IMG/VR virus record: IMGVR_UViG_3300010356_003454
Location: 72,820 to 136,819 of that record
DNA length: 64,000 nt
Strand: one strand, 5' to 3'
Source: a virus
Lineage: Duplodnaviria; Heunggongvirae; Uroviricota; Caudoviricetes
Made by a program: the position numbers and the translations under genes. Shown one piece after another: positions 55,971-64,000 of the stretch. The notes beneath the pieces were generated by a model. The model saw only the letters and a list, made by a program, of their open reading frames with translations, was not told the origin of the DNA and searched no databases. Each line of letters opens with the position of its first letter. Positions within the stretch are counted from its first letter, which is position 1.

Positions 55971-57074
55971 ATGAATTACACACTTGATTTTATCAGAAAG
56001 AATAATCTCATTATTTTTGAAGCAATAATGGGATCGCATGCATACGGAACCAATATTGAGACTTCGGATAAGGATATCCGAGGGGTCTTCATTCAGCCTC
56101 TTGAAGACATTCTTAAGTATGGATATAAGGATCAGGTTGCTGATAAGACCAACGATATTGTCTTTTATGAACTGAAGAGATTTCTCGGACTGGTTAAGAC
56201 TAATAATCCTAACATCCTTGAGCTCCTTAATGCTCCTGCAGATTGTATTATCTATAAGAATTCTCTTTATGATCTTATCGCTCAGAATGCTCGTCATTTT
56301 GTTACGAAGAAGTGCCGCTGGACTTTCGCTGGTTATGCTATCGAGCAGATTAGGAAGGCAAGGGGATACAACAAGATGATGAACTGGGAAGAATCTAAGA
56401 TGACCCGAAAGGGTGTTCTGGATTTCTGCTACATTATTGAAGGGGGAGAGACCATACTCCTTGAGGAATGGATCAGAAGAACCGGTAGAAATACAGAAGG
56501 ATCCCTCTTCAGCGATCAGAGAATGCTTGCTCTTGCAAAGATCGATCACGCTCATGACATTTATGCAGTTTATGATCTTAGTAATTTCAAGGGTCTTTAT
56601 GGAGTTGTTGGAAAGGAGAATGCAAATGATGTTCAGCTTACCTCTATCCCTAAGGGACAAAAGGTCGTTGCTATCCTTACTTTCAATAAGGACGCATACT
56701 CAACTCATTGCAAGAATTATCTGGCTTACCAGACTTGGCTGAAGGAGAGGAATGAGGATCGTTTCAAGATGAACAAGGCTCATGGTAAGAACTATGACTC
56801 GAAGAATATGATGCATACCTTCCGTCTTCTTAACATGGCTCTTGAGATTGCAGCTACCGGAGAGATAAGAGTTCGTAGATCAGATGAAGAAAGAGAAAAG
56901 CTTCTTAAGATCCGTCATGGCGAATACGATTATGATCTTCTTATCGAAGAAGCAGAAGATATGATCAAGGATCTTGATCGTGCATTCGATCAGTCTTCTC
57001 TTCCTGATAAAATTCACGATAGCTTTATCGCTAATCTTGAATATGAAATCAGAGAAAAAAGATATGGTCTTTAA
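55971..57074 (+). CDS. Pol-beta-superfamily nucleotidyltransferase (PF10127-like 'predicted NTase')
   Basis: MGSHAYGTNIETSDKDIRGVF matches the G[SG]...D.D NTase-fold signature. Confidence 0.5.
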   Translation: MNYTLDFIRKNNLIIFEAIMGSHAYGTNIETSDKDIRGVFIQPLEDILKYGYKDQVADKTNDIVFYELKRFLGLVKTNNPNILELLNAPADCIIYKNSLYDLIAQNARHFVTKKCRWTFAGYAIEQIRKARGYNKMMNWEESKMTRKGVLDFCYIIEGGETILLEEWIRRTGRNTEGSLFSDQRMLALAKIDHAHDIYAVYDLSNFKGLYGVVGKENANDVQLTSIPKGQKVVAILTFNKDAYSTHCKNYLAYQTWLKERNEDRFKMNKAHGKNYDSKNMMHTFRLLNMALEIAATGEIRVRRSDEEREKLLKIRHGEYDYDLLIEEAEDMIKDLDRAFDQSSLPDKIHDSFIANLEYEIREKRYGL

Positions 57075-57088
57075 CACACTTTTAACAC

Positions 57089-57116
57089 CCGGGATTTTTT
57101 AATCTCGGGTTTTTTC
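57089..57116 (+). terminator. rho-independent terminator in a conserved module
   Basis: cccgggat/atctcggg stem followed by TTTTTT, then CTTTATATTAGC. Confidence 0.5.
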
Positions 57117-57145
57117 TTTATATTAGCAAAATAAAATACAATCTT

Positions 57146-57733
57146 ATGAAATTCAATAACAGACCTAACATAGCTCATAAAGTTGGAGATCGAATTGTCT
57201 GGGAATCTCGCTCAGTAGCCGTCAATGGAGTAGTAATACTCTATGTCCCCGGTGAAAAGGTTCCTTATGTTCTTGTTTCAAAGAGGGGTCCAAAATCAGC
57301 CGATTATCAGGGATATATGAATCTTATTGCAGGCTATATGGACTGGGACGAATCAGGTCCTGAAGCCCTTTACAGGGAAGCATGGGAAGAAGTAGGTCTG
57401 GATCTTAGAGAATTCGCTTATCCGGAAAAGGATGGTCAGGACTCTCCATTCTGGAAGGATGTTATAAGCAATGATCTTGAACAACCTTGGCATGTTAAAA
57501 CAGAGCCAGACGAAAATCGTCAAAATATTTCCTTAAGGTATGGATTAGCAGTTAGGATGAAAGCTAATATTCTGCCTGCTCTATCTCTGGAAAATAATGA
57601 GGTCGAGGGAGAAGTCGAACATGCTGGATGGCTTCCAGTTAATGAATTAGATCATTATCAGTGGGCCTTTGATCATGATAAAGTTATTAAAGAATATCTC
57701 GTCAGAATAGGCGATCATATTTGTAATTATTAA
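57146..57733 (+). CDS. Nudix hydrolase
   Basis: Nudix box GYMDWDESGPEALYREAWEEVGL (Gx5Ex7REuxEExGu). Confidence 0.65.
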   Translation: MKFNNRPNIAHKVGDRIVWESRSVAVNGVVILYVPGEKVPYVLVSKRGPKSADYQGYMNLIAGYMDWDESGPEALYREAWEEVGLDLREFAYPEKDGQDSPFWKDVISNDLEQPWHVKTEPDENRQNISLRYGLAVRMKANILPALSLENNEVEGEVEHAGWLPVNELDHYQWAFDHDKVIKEYLVRIGDHICNY

Positions 57734-57775
57734 AACTTCTTCGTGGGTTCCTTCTAAAATATACAAAAATACTTT

Positions 57776-58729
57776 ATGAGTGCTATAAATGAACTCTTTA
57801 CCGAGAAGTTTCGTCCTAAAAATCTGAGCCAATTAATTGTTCCGGAGAGGATCAAAGCCCAATTGAATAAAGGTCTGATTCAGAATTTACTTCTTCATGG
57901 ATCTGCTGGAACCGGGAAAACTTCAACTCTTTTTATACTTGCTGAAGGTCATCCGACTCTCTATATTAATGCCTCTTCAGAAAGGGGCATCGATACTATT
58001 CGAGAGAAGATATCCAGCTTTTGCTCGACTATCTCATTAGAGGGCGGTAGAGAAAATCTTAAATGTGTTATACTTGATGAGCTTGATGGAGCTACAGAGG
58101 AATTCTTTAAAGCTCTTCGTGCTGTTATGGAGAGATATTCCGCAACGGCTAGATTCATAGCTTCCTGCAATTATCTTCAGAAGATTCCAGAGCCTATAAG
58201 AGAATCGCGATTCCATTCAATATCTTATGATCCTGTTAATAAGGAGGAAGAGGATTATTTGGTAAAGGAATATGCTAAACGAATTGCTGCTATACTTCAG
58301 GCTGCGAAAATTGAATATAAGCCAGAAGTTCTTCTTAAATTCATTAAGAATGATTTCCCCGATTTAAGAGCTCTCATGAATAAGATTCAGGCTCTTTATC
58401 TAAGAGGAGTCAAGACACTTGACGAGACTAATTTCAATACTAATTTCGATTTTAAAGATCTTTTCGATCTATGCCTGAATACATCTTCAAAACCATATGA
58501 TAATTATAAATTTATAGTTAATCAGTATGGATCTAGAATTGATGATTCCCTTGCAGCACTAGGAACTGATTTTCCCGAATATCTCAAGAGTGTTGCTCCA
58601 GCTAAAGAGGATAAGCTTCCACTTGTTCTAATAGCAGTGGCTGAATATCAATATCAGAAACCCTTTGTTATTGATCCTTTGATAACGTTGCTAGCAGCAG
58701 TTATGAAGATTCAAATGATACTAAAATAA
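57776..58729 (+). CDS. clamp-loader AAA+ ATPase (RFC small subunit / T4 gp44-like)
   Basis: Walker A is HGSAGTGKTS. DExD box is ILDELDG. SRC-like ESRFH. Confidence 0.65.
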   Translation: MSAINELFTEKFRPKNLSQLIVPERIKAQLNKGLIQNLLLHGSAGTGKTSTLFILAEGHPTLYINASSERGIDTIREKISSFCSTISLEGGRENLKCVILDELDGATEEFFKALRAVMERYSATARFIASCNYLQKIPEPIRESRFHSISYDPVNKEEEDYLVKEYAKRIAAILQAAKIEYKPEVLLKFIKNDFPDLRALMNKIQALYLRGVKTLDETNFNTNFDFKDLFDLCLNTSSKPYDNYKFIVNQYGSRIDDSLAALGTDFPEYLKSVAPAKEDKLPLVLIAVAEYQYQKPFVIDPLITLLAAVMKIQMILK

Positions 58730-58780
58730 AACCCATAGGTGCTAACTTTAAACATATCTTTTTGGATATATAGAATAAAA

Positions 58781-59539
58781 ATGTATTACGTATATCAGTT
58801 AAGCTCTAAAAAATATGGAATTTTTTATATCGGAAAAGGAAAAGGTTCTAGAATGTATCAGCATGTCTCATTAGCTAAGGGAAAATCGAATCGAAAAAAT
58901 AATAATCCCCATCTTTATAATAGGATTATTAAAATACTAAATGATGGTGAAAAAATACAATATAAAAAACTTTTTGAGTCTGATATTGAAAAAAAATGTT
59001 TAGATAAGGAAAAAGAATATATCTCAGATATTGGAACATTTCATAAAATCGAAGGAATAAAACGGGGTCCGCTATTAAATCTAACAGCCGGTGGGGAAGG
59101 GTCCTCTGGATATATTCACTCTTCATTATCAAAGAAAAAAATTAGTGATTCTTTGAAAGGAAAATTAAAGGGTAGAATATTTCATAAGGATTCTTTAAAA
59201 AGAATGAGTTTAGCTAAGAAGGGAAAACCCTCAGGGAACAAAGGAATTTCTCATCTCGAAAGATTAATTAATGTTTATGGGGAGAAAGAAGGACACAAAA
59301 AATATTTCTTATTTTTGGAGAAACAACGAAAATCCCATCTAGGAAAAAAAATGAAAGGAAAAGTCTGGAATAAGGGCTCTAGCATTTCGGAAGAAACAAG
59401 GAAAAAGATACAAAATTCTTTATTAGGTAAAAAACATAAAATGAATATAGTTAAATGTCCTCATTGTGGATTAGAAGGATCCGGCGGAAATATGACTAGA
59501 TATCATTTTAATAACTGCAAATCTTTAACAAAAATTTAA
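58781..59539 (+). CDS. GIY-YIG homing endonuclease
   Basis: MYYVYQLSSKKYGIFYIGKGKGSR. NUMOD3-like repeats. C-terminal CPHCG...NNC Zn finger. Confidence 0.7.
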   Translation: MYYVYQLSSKKYGIFYIGKGKGSRMYQHVSLAKGKSNRKNNNPHLYNRIIKILNDGEKIQYKKLFESDIEKKCLDKEKEYISDIGTFHKIEGIKRGPLLNLTAGGEGSSGYIHSSLSKKKISDSLKGKLKGRIFHKDSLKRMSLAKKGKPSGNKGISHLERLINVYGEKEGHKKYFLFLEKQRKSHLGKKMKGKVWNKGSSISEETRKKIQNSLLGKKHKMNIVKCPHCGLEGSGGNMTRYHFNNCKSLTKI

Positions 59540-59602
59540 CAATATTCTTATGAATTTGATTTCTCTTTTAATTATATTTGGGAACTTATAAAAATAATTT
59601 CT

Positions 59603-60757
59603 ATGACTAATGCGATATTTGATTTAAGTAACATGTTTTTCCGCTCGCTTTTTATCGTGGGCGGATACGGAAAGAAGCAATATACTTTTGATTCACAAAG
59701 AGAGCAAGACCAGCTCATGCGTAAAGTCGCTACTGATATAACATCCGTTATCAGATCCATAAATCCCTCTCGTGTTATCTTTGCTCTTGATTCCAAATCT
59801 TGGAGAAAGAGTATTTCGATTGATGAGAATGAGGGATATAAAGGTCATCGTAAAAAATCAGAGGTTATTAATTGGGACAATATCTATAAGATAATGGCCG
59901 AATTTGCTGAAATAGTTAAGACCAATGGTTTTATCGTCTCTCAGATTGATAATGCGGAGGCGGATGATCTAATGGCTCTATGGAGGGATGAATTACTCTA
60001 TAATCAGAATCAGCATGTTGTTTTGGTATCTGCGGATGAAGACGTTCGCCAATTAGCTGATTCTATTTCTTCCCCCAAAAAAGCTTTCTCTATAATATAC
60101 AATCCTTTTACCCAGGGTAAGAATTCGTCTAAAAAACTCTTTGTACCAGATGGATTTAGGGATTGGCTTAATGATGAAGATGATATTGGGGACATTTTCA
60201 ACAGATCCATTGATGTTGATAAGGAAGATTTTAAGAGGATATTGAATGATAAGGTGAATCTGGAAGAAGTTGATGGAAAGGAAATTGCTTTGCGTAAGAT
60301 CTTCTGCGGAGACGATGGTGATAATGTCCCCTCTATTTACACCTGGCTCAATGATAAGGGTAAAGAGGTTCGTATCACTAACAAGCCATATCAAAAAATC
60401 ATTGATTATATTGGGGCTAAGGATTGGAAGGATCTCATGGAGAAATCAGAGATCATATTTGACCAACTTATCGAGGTATCCGGTCAGAAGCCATCTTTTA
60501 AAATGGATAAGAGACTCGAAAGACAGGCAAAATTGGTTGTCTTGGATAAATCACTATTTCCATCTGAAATCGTAAATGCTTTTGCTGAGCATATTAGAGA
60601 GGATTATGCAGGGAATCATATTAGTCCTCAGACTTGGAATATGATCTCAATGCTCGAAGGAACTCGTTATGTTGATCCCAAAGGTAGGGTATCCTCAGGT
60701 AATGAGGCATCTATATTTGGCCAAATCGATCGTATATCCAATAAAGAACTCTTCTAA
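59603..60757 (+). CDS. rnh: 5'-3' exonuclease / flap endonuclease (T4 RNase H-like)
   Basis: NAEADDLMA acidic cluster and overall FEN/53EXO organisation. Length 384 aa. Confidence 0.7.
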   Translation: MTNAIFDLSNMFFRSLFIVGGYGKKQYTFDSQREQDQLMRKVATDITSVIRSINPSRVIFALDSKSWRKSISIDENEGYKGHRKKSEVINWDNIYKIMAEFAEIVKTNGFIVSQIDNAEADDLMALWRDELLYNQNQHVVLVSADEDVRQLADSISSPKKAFSIIYNPFTQGKNSSKKLFVPDGFRDWLNDEDDIGDIFNRSIDVDKEDFKRILNDKVNLEEVDGKEIALRKIFCGDDGDNVPSIYTWLNDKGKEVRITNKPYQKIIDYIGAKDWKDLMEKSEIIFDQLIEVSGQKPSFKMDKRLERQAKLVVLDKSLFPSEIVNAFAEHIREDYAGNHISPQTWNMISMLEGTRYVDPKGRVSSGNEASIFGQIDRISNKELF

Positions 60758-61245
60758 TGGCAAGTATGGATCTATATTTAGATAGATTAGAGGTCTTTGC
60801 GAATACTGCAAAAGAACTTCATGAGAAACATAAAAACAATCAGAGAATGAAAAACGAATACAAAGTTCTTAAACTGAATGAGCTCGGCCCTCAATTAGGT
60901 CTTCCCTCTAGTAAGGGATATAAGACTTCTGATTATCTGGAGCTAGTCATTCAGAAAATTGAGGCAAGTGGATATGCCTTTGTTCAATTTCTTCAGCTTA
61001 TTGATGTCTTATATGTCATAATTAATACAGCGGGAAAACTCAATTATGTTAATCTTCCCCCCGAAGAATTTAATCCGGAGAAGGAGATCAGAGACCATTA
61101 TAATCCAAAGCCTTCATCTGGTAAGAAGAAAAAAGAAGAGCCTGTTGAGGTTCATGAAGAATTCCAAAAGGCAATGGAGGTTGTTAAGGATCGCGAAACT
61201 CTTCAAAAGAATATGCATGGAGTGAAGCTCCCCTGGAAAAAATAA
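60757..61245 (+). CDS. hypothetical protein
   Basis: The start overlaps the upstream stop. Confidence 0.35.
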   Translation: MASMDLYLDRLEVFANTAKELHEKHKNNQRMKNEYKVLKLNELGPQLGLPSSKGYKTSDYLELVIQKIEASGYAFVQFLQLIDVLYVIINTAGKLNYVNLPPEEFNPEKEIRDHYNPKPSSGKKKKEEPVEVHEEFQKAMEVVKDRETLQKNMHGVKLPWKK

Positions 61246-61271
61246 TTATCAACATCTAAATACAAATAACA

Positions 61272-61796
61272 ATGATTAAAATCTATTTTGTTTTCTTAAT
61301 TATCGGTTTTCTTGGCCTGCTCTCCTCGATGATATTCGGAGGAGATCATGATGCTGATTTAGCCGATGGATCTCTGGACTCTGGAGACACCTTCGACGAT
61401 AGTCCGAAGGTATTCTCTCTTAGAGTCATCTTCTCGTTCCTCATGGCTTTTGGCATTGGAGGAAGCGCAGTCTATTTGGGAGAGGGAAATATCTTTACTC
61501 AAATACTTGTGGGACTTGCAGCCGGTTTGGCAACAGGGGCTTTTACCTGGTGGCTTACTAAGATCCTTTATAAGCTTCAAGGAGCTAGCAATGTTGACTC
61601 TGATTCCTTTATAGGAATGAAGGGAGATATTGTTGTAGGAACTACGGAAAGCGGGAAATCAAAAGTTAGGTTAAATACCTCTTCCGGTCCTATGGAGTTT
61701 CTTTGCAAAGAGTCTAAGGGTAAAAAGCTGAAAATCGGAGATATTGTAGAGATTTCAGAAAAAGCAGGAACTCTTCTTGTCGTATCCAAGAAATAA
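61272..61796 (+). CDS. NfeD-like membrane protein (YuaF-like)
   Basis: Three TM helices plus a C-terminal OB-like beta domain (GMKGDIVVG...KVRL...GDIVEI...VV). 174 aa. Confidence 0.5.
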   Translation: MIKIYFVFLIIGFLGLLSSMIFGGDHDADLADGSLDSGDTFDDSPKVFSLRVIFSFLMAFGIGGSAVYLGEGNIFTQILVGLAAGLATGAFTWWLTKILYKLQGASNVDSDSFIGMKGDIVVGTTESGKSKVRLNTSSGPMEFLCKESKGKKLKIGDIVEISEKAGTLLVVSKK

Positions 61797-61834
61797 AATT
61801 AATGAACATTTATAAACATTTAAACACTTAAATT

Positions 61835-63433
61835 ATGGAATTTTTTCTTTTAGGAGTAATCGTTTTCGGCGGTATCGTACTAATTGGTTCTTTGCTAGCA
61901 TTCGTGTCTAAGAACTATATCAAGATCCCGCCCAACACAGCAGCCGTTATTTTCGGTCGCAAGAAAAATGTCGAGGTTAAGAATCCCGACGGAACTGTAA
62001 CTAAGGTAGCAAAGGGCTATCGTGTCATCGCTGGAGGTGGGGTATTTAAGATCCCTGTTATAGAGAGTGTAGAATTTATGAACCTCTCAAACAGATCTCT
62101 GGTGGTTAATGTTAAAAATGCACCTAATAAAGATGGGGTTATGACAACTATCGAAGGAGTTGCCAACGTGAAATTCTCATCGGAATCTAATCTACTTCGC
62201 GTAGGTGTTGAGAGATTCCTCGGTCGTCCGGACGATGAAGTTAATAAGATTATCCTCCAGAACCTCGAGGGTCACTTACGTGCCGTTGTTGGTCGTATGA
62301 CTATGGAACAACTTATCGGTGATAAAACCGCTCTAAACTCTGCTGTACTTGACGAGGCAAATGAGGACTTCAGCAAGATGGGTATAGAGATCGACTTTAT
62401 CAATATCCAGGATATTTCCGATAACGATAGCTATATTATTAACCTCGGTCGTAAAAGAGCAGCTGAAATCGCAAGAGATGCTGATATTGGAGAGGCAGAA
62501 GCGAAGAGGGATGCTCTGAAGAAGACTTCAGAAGCTGAAAAAGCGGGTATTGAGGTTGCTAACACGAACCAGGAAAGGATTTATGAATCCAATAAGGCAA
62601 GGGACGTAAAAGAGGCAGAAATGAAAGCTCTGACCGATACTCAGCGAGAAATTGCTAATCAGGCTGGACCTCTTTCTCAAGCTCAGGCTCTGAAAAACGT
62701 TGTTGAGGCTCAGGCTGCAACAGAAGCTGCTCAGGAAAAGGCCTTGGTACAGGTTGAAATAAACCGTGCTGAAAAAGAAGAGAAGAGATATATTGCTGAG
62801 GTTGTTGTACCTGCTGAAGCTCGCAAGAGGGAAAAAGTTATTCAGGCAGAAGCGCAGAAAGACGCTCTTGTTATCGAAGCTGATGGTATTCAGGCTGCTA
62901 CTGTTAAAAAGGCAGCCGGCGAAGCTGATGCAGTTCTTTTGGCTAAGAAAGCAGAAGCAGAAGGCCAGGCTGCTATCGTAAGAGAAGCTGGTCTTGCAGA
63001 AGCTGATGCTATTAAGGCTAAGCTACTTGCTGAAGCAGAAGGTATCAAGGAAAAAGCTAAGGCTTATGCTGCTCTTGACCAGACTGGTAAATTCCTTGAA
63101 GTACTTAACGCTCTTCAGACACTTGGTCCTAATGTTATCAAAGAATTCGCAGGAGTTATGTCAGCTGCTACTGCTCACCTTGGAAACATCAAGGATGTCA
63201 AGGTCATCGACTTTGGCGGAAATGGTGCTGGCGGAGGATCAAGCGTTGGTAAGTTCGGAACCATCCCGGTGGAAGTTCTTACTAAAATGTTCGAAGGACT
63301 TGGCGGCGCAGGATTTGATGCATCAAAGCTCTTCAGCTTCCTCGGAATCAAGCCGGAAGATCTTCTTAAGAAAGATTCTCCTGCTACAGATTCAAAGGAG
63401 ACCCCATCTCCAAAGGAAACTCCTAAGAAGTAG
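61835..63433 (+). CDS. SPFH/Band-7 flotillin-like protein
   Basis: N-terminal TM plus SPFH domain. Long A/E-rich coiled coil (EA repeats). Flotillin/YqiK-like architecture. 532 aa. Confidence 0.75.
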   Translation: MEFFLLGVIVFGGIVLIGSLLAFVSKNYIKIPPNTAAVIFGRKKNVEVKNPDGTVTKVAKGYRVIAGGGVFKIPVIESVEFMNLSNRSLVVNVKNAPNKDGVMTTIEGVANVKFSSESNLLRVGVERFLGRPDDEVNKIILQNLEGHLRAVVGRMTMEQLIGDKTALNSAVLDEANEDFSKMGIEIDFINIQDISDNDSYIINLGRKRAAEIARDADIGEAEAKRDALKKTSEAEKAGIEVANTNQERIYESNKARDVKEAEMKALTDTQREIANQAGPLSQAQALKNVVEAQAATEAAQEKALVQVEINRAEKEEKRYIAEVVVPAEARKREKVIQAEAQKDALVIEADGIQAATVKKAAGEADAVLLAKKAEAEGQAAIVREAGLAEADAIKAKLLAEAEGIKEKAKAYAALDQTGKFLEVLNALQTLGPNVIKEFAGVMSAATAHLGNIKDVKVIDFGGNGAGGGSSVGKFGTIPVEVLTKMFEGLGGAGFDASKLFSFLGIKPEDLLKKDSPATDSKETPSPKETPKK

Positions 63434-63455
63434 TTTTATAATCCGTTTATCTAAA

Positions 63456-63482
63456 GCCTCGGAGAAATCCGGGGCTTTTTTT
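63456..63482 (+). terminator. rho-independent terminator
   Basis: gcctcgg-agaaat-ccggggc hairpin followed by TTTTTTT. Near-identical to the terminator at 10693. Confidence 0.55.
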
Positions 63483-63568
63483 AACGGTTTTTTAACAAAT
63501 AATTTAACCAAGATAAAGGTTTTTTTATTAAATTAGAACTCTAAAGTTATATCTGTGTATAAGATAAT

Positions 63569-63979
63569 ATGGAATTATTCGACCTTATAAAAACGATATT
63601 CGAGGATCCAGATGGATATAAAGAAGCTTCTAAGATCGATAAGAGGAAGAATTTCTTTATGATCAATCGTAGATTCGCTATTGGTCATCCTATGCAAGCT
63701 AATGCCCTTAATAGTCTTAAGATCAATCAGGAACAGGCTATTGATGTATGGCAGAAGTTTATGAGAAAGACCTACAATAAAACCCCGTTTTGGCTCTACA
63801 TTAAAGGGGTGAAGAAGGCAAAAGAAGAAAAAGAAAAAAAGATAAATATATCCACTGCGACTATAGAGGAATATGCTCGTAGACATAATTATGACAGAAA
63901 AACTGTTTTAGAAGCTCTGAATCTATTTCCAAAAGAGATGATTCATGAGCTTCAAACATTTGAAAAGATTGAGAAATGA
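63569..63979 (+). CDS. hypothetical protein
   Basis: ORF. Confidence 0.35.
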   Translation: MELFDLIKTIFEDPDGYKEASKIDKRKNFFMINRRFAIGHPMQANALNSLKINQEQAIDVWQKFMRKTYNKTPFWLYIKGVKKAKEEKEKKINISTATIEEYARRHNYDRKTVLEALNLFPKEMIHELQTFEKIEK

Positions 63980-64000
63980 AAGAGGCTAGAGTTAATGATC

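Noticed and set aside
55959-56660. 233-aa minus-strand ORF overlapping the + strand nucleotidyltransferase gene
   Set aside because: The + strand frame carries the conserved NTase signature and fits the surrounding operon. The minus ORF is a low-complexity shadow frame.
62766-63536. Two + strand alternative-frame ORFs (71 and 180 aa) inside and just past the flotillin gene
   Set aside because: They are frame-shadows of the A/E/K-rich coiled-coil repeats. The flotillin frame has the SPFH domain and runs continuously to 63433.
1-64000. tRNA, rRNA or CRISPR arrays
   Set aside because: No T-loop/acceptor-stem signatures, rRNA-like regions or repeat-spacer arrays were recognisable by eye. A tRNA scan would still be worth running on the intergenic regions.

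Overview
This window is a densely packed, AT-rich (GC in the mid-30s % by eye) segment of a large double-stranded DNA bacteriophage. It holds about 100 genes, almost all on the + strand. The recognisable core is a T4-like replication and nucleotide-metabolism module. It comprises the N-terminal half of a family-B DNA polymerase (3'-5' exonuclease motifs plus motif A, but no motif B or C, so the gene is split or truncated), a class II ribonucleotide reductase, an NAD-dependent DNA ligase, a clamp-loader ATPase, and a T4 RNase H/FEN-type 5'-3' exonuclease. It also carries a dUTPase-like gene, a GMP-reductase-like gene and a Nudix hydrolase. A set of candidate RNA-repair genes is spread across the window: an Rnl-type RNA ligase, a CCA-adding enzyme, a polynucleotide-kinase-like P-loop kinase interrupted by an in-frame TAA, and an NTase-fold protein. 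Homing endonucleases are unusually dense: five GIY-YIG, one HNH and one NUMOD3/PD-(D/E)xK candidate. Other cargo includes a complete N6-adenine methyltransferase with two degenerate paralogs, a T5orf172-like domain fused to an SF2 DEAD-type helicase, an NfeD-flotillin pair, an OmpR-type winged-helix regulator, and a glucosaminidase-like peptidoglycan hydrolase. The most unusual content is a paralogous family of more than 20 genes, partly in tandem arrays, whose products share a conserved N-terminal leader (consensus M-R-A-K-x-V-N-E-x2-3-F-E-R-G-x-D-P-K-x-A-L-G-I-G). The leader is followed by unrelated bodies: ankyrin repeats, a HAD phosphatase, a methyltransferase-like fold, or small globular or unknown regions. 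The second unusual feature is a conserved intergenic module: TTTTAACG, then a hairpin terminator and T-run, then ATCTCGG, then 10 nt, then TATATTAG, then GTAATTAAAA. It precedes many genes and looks like a phage-specific promoter or leader class fused to terminators. I recognised no tRNA, rRNA or CRISPR array.
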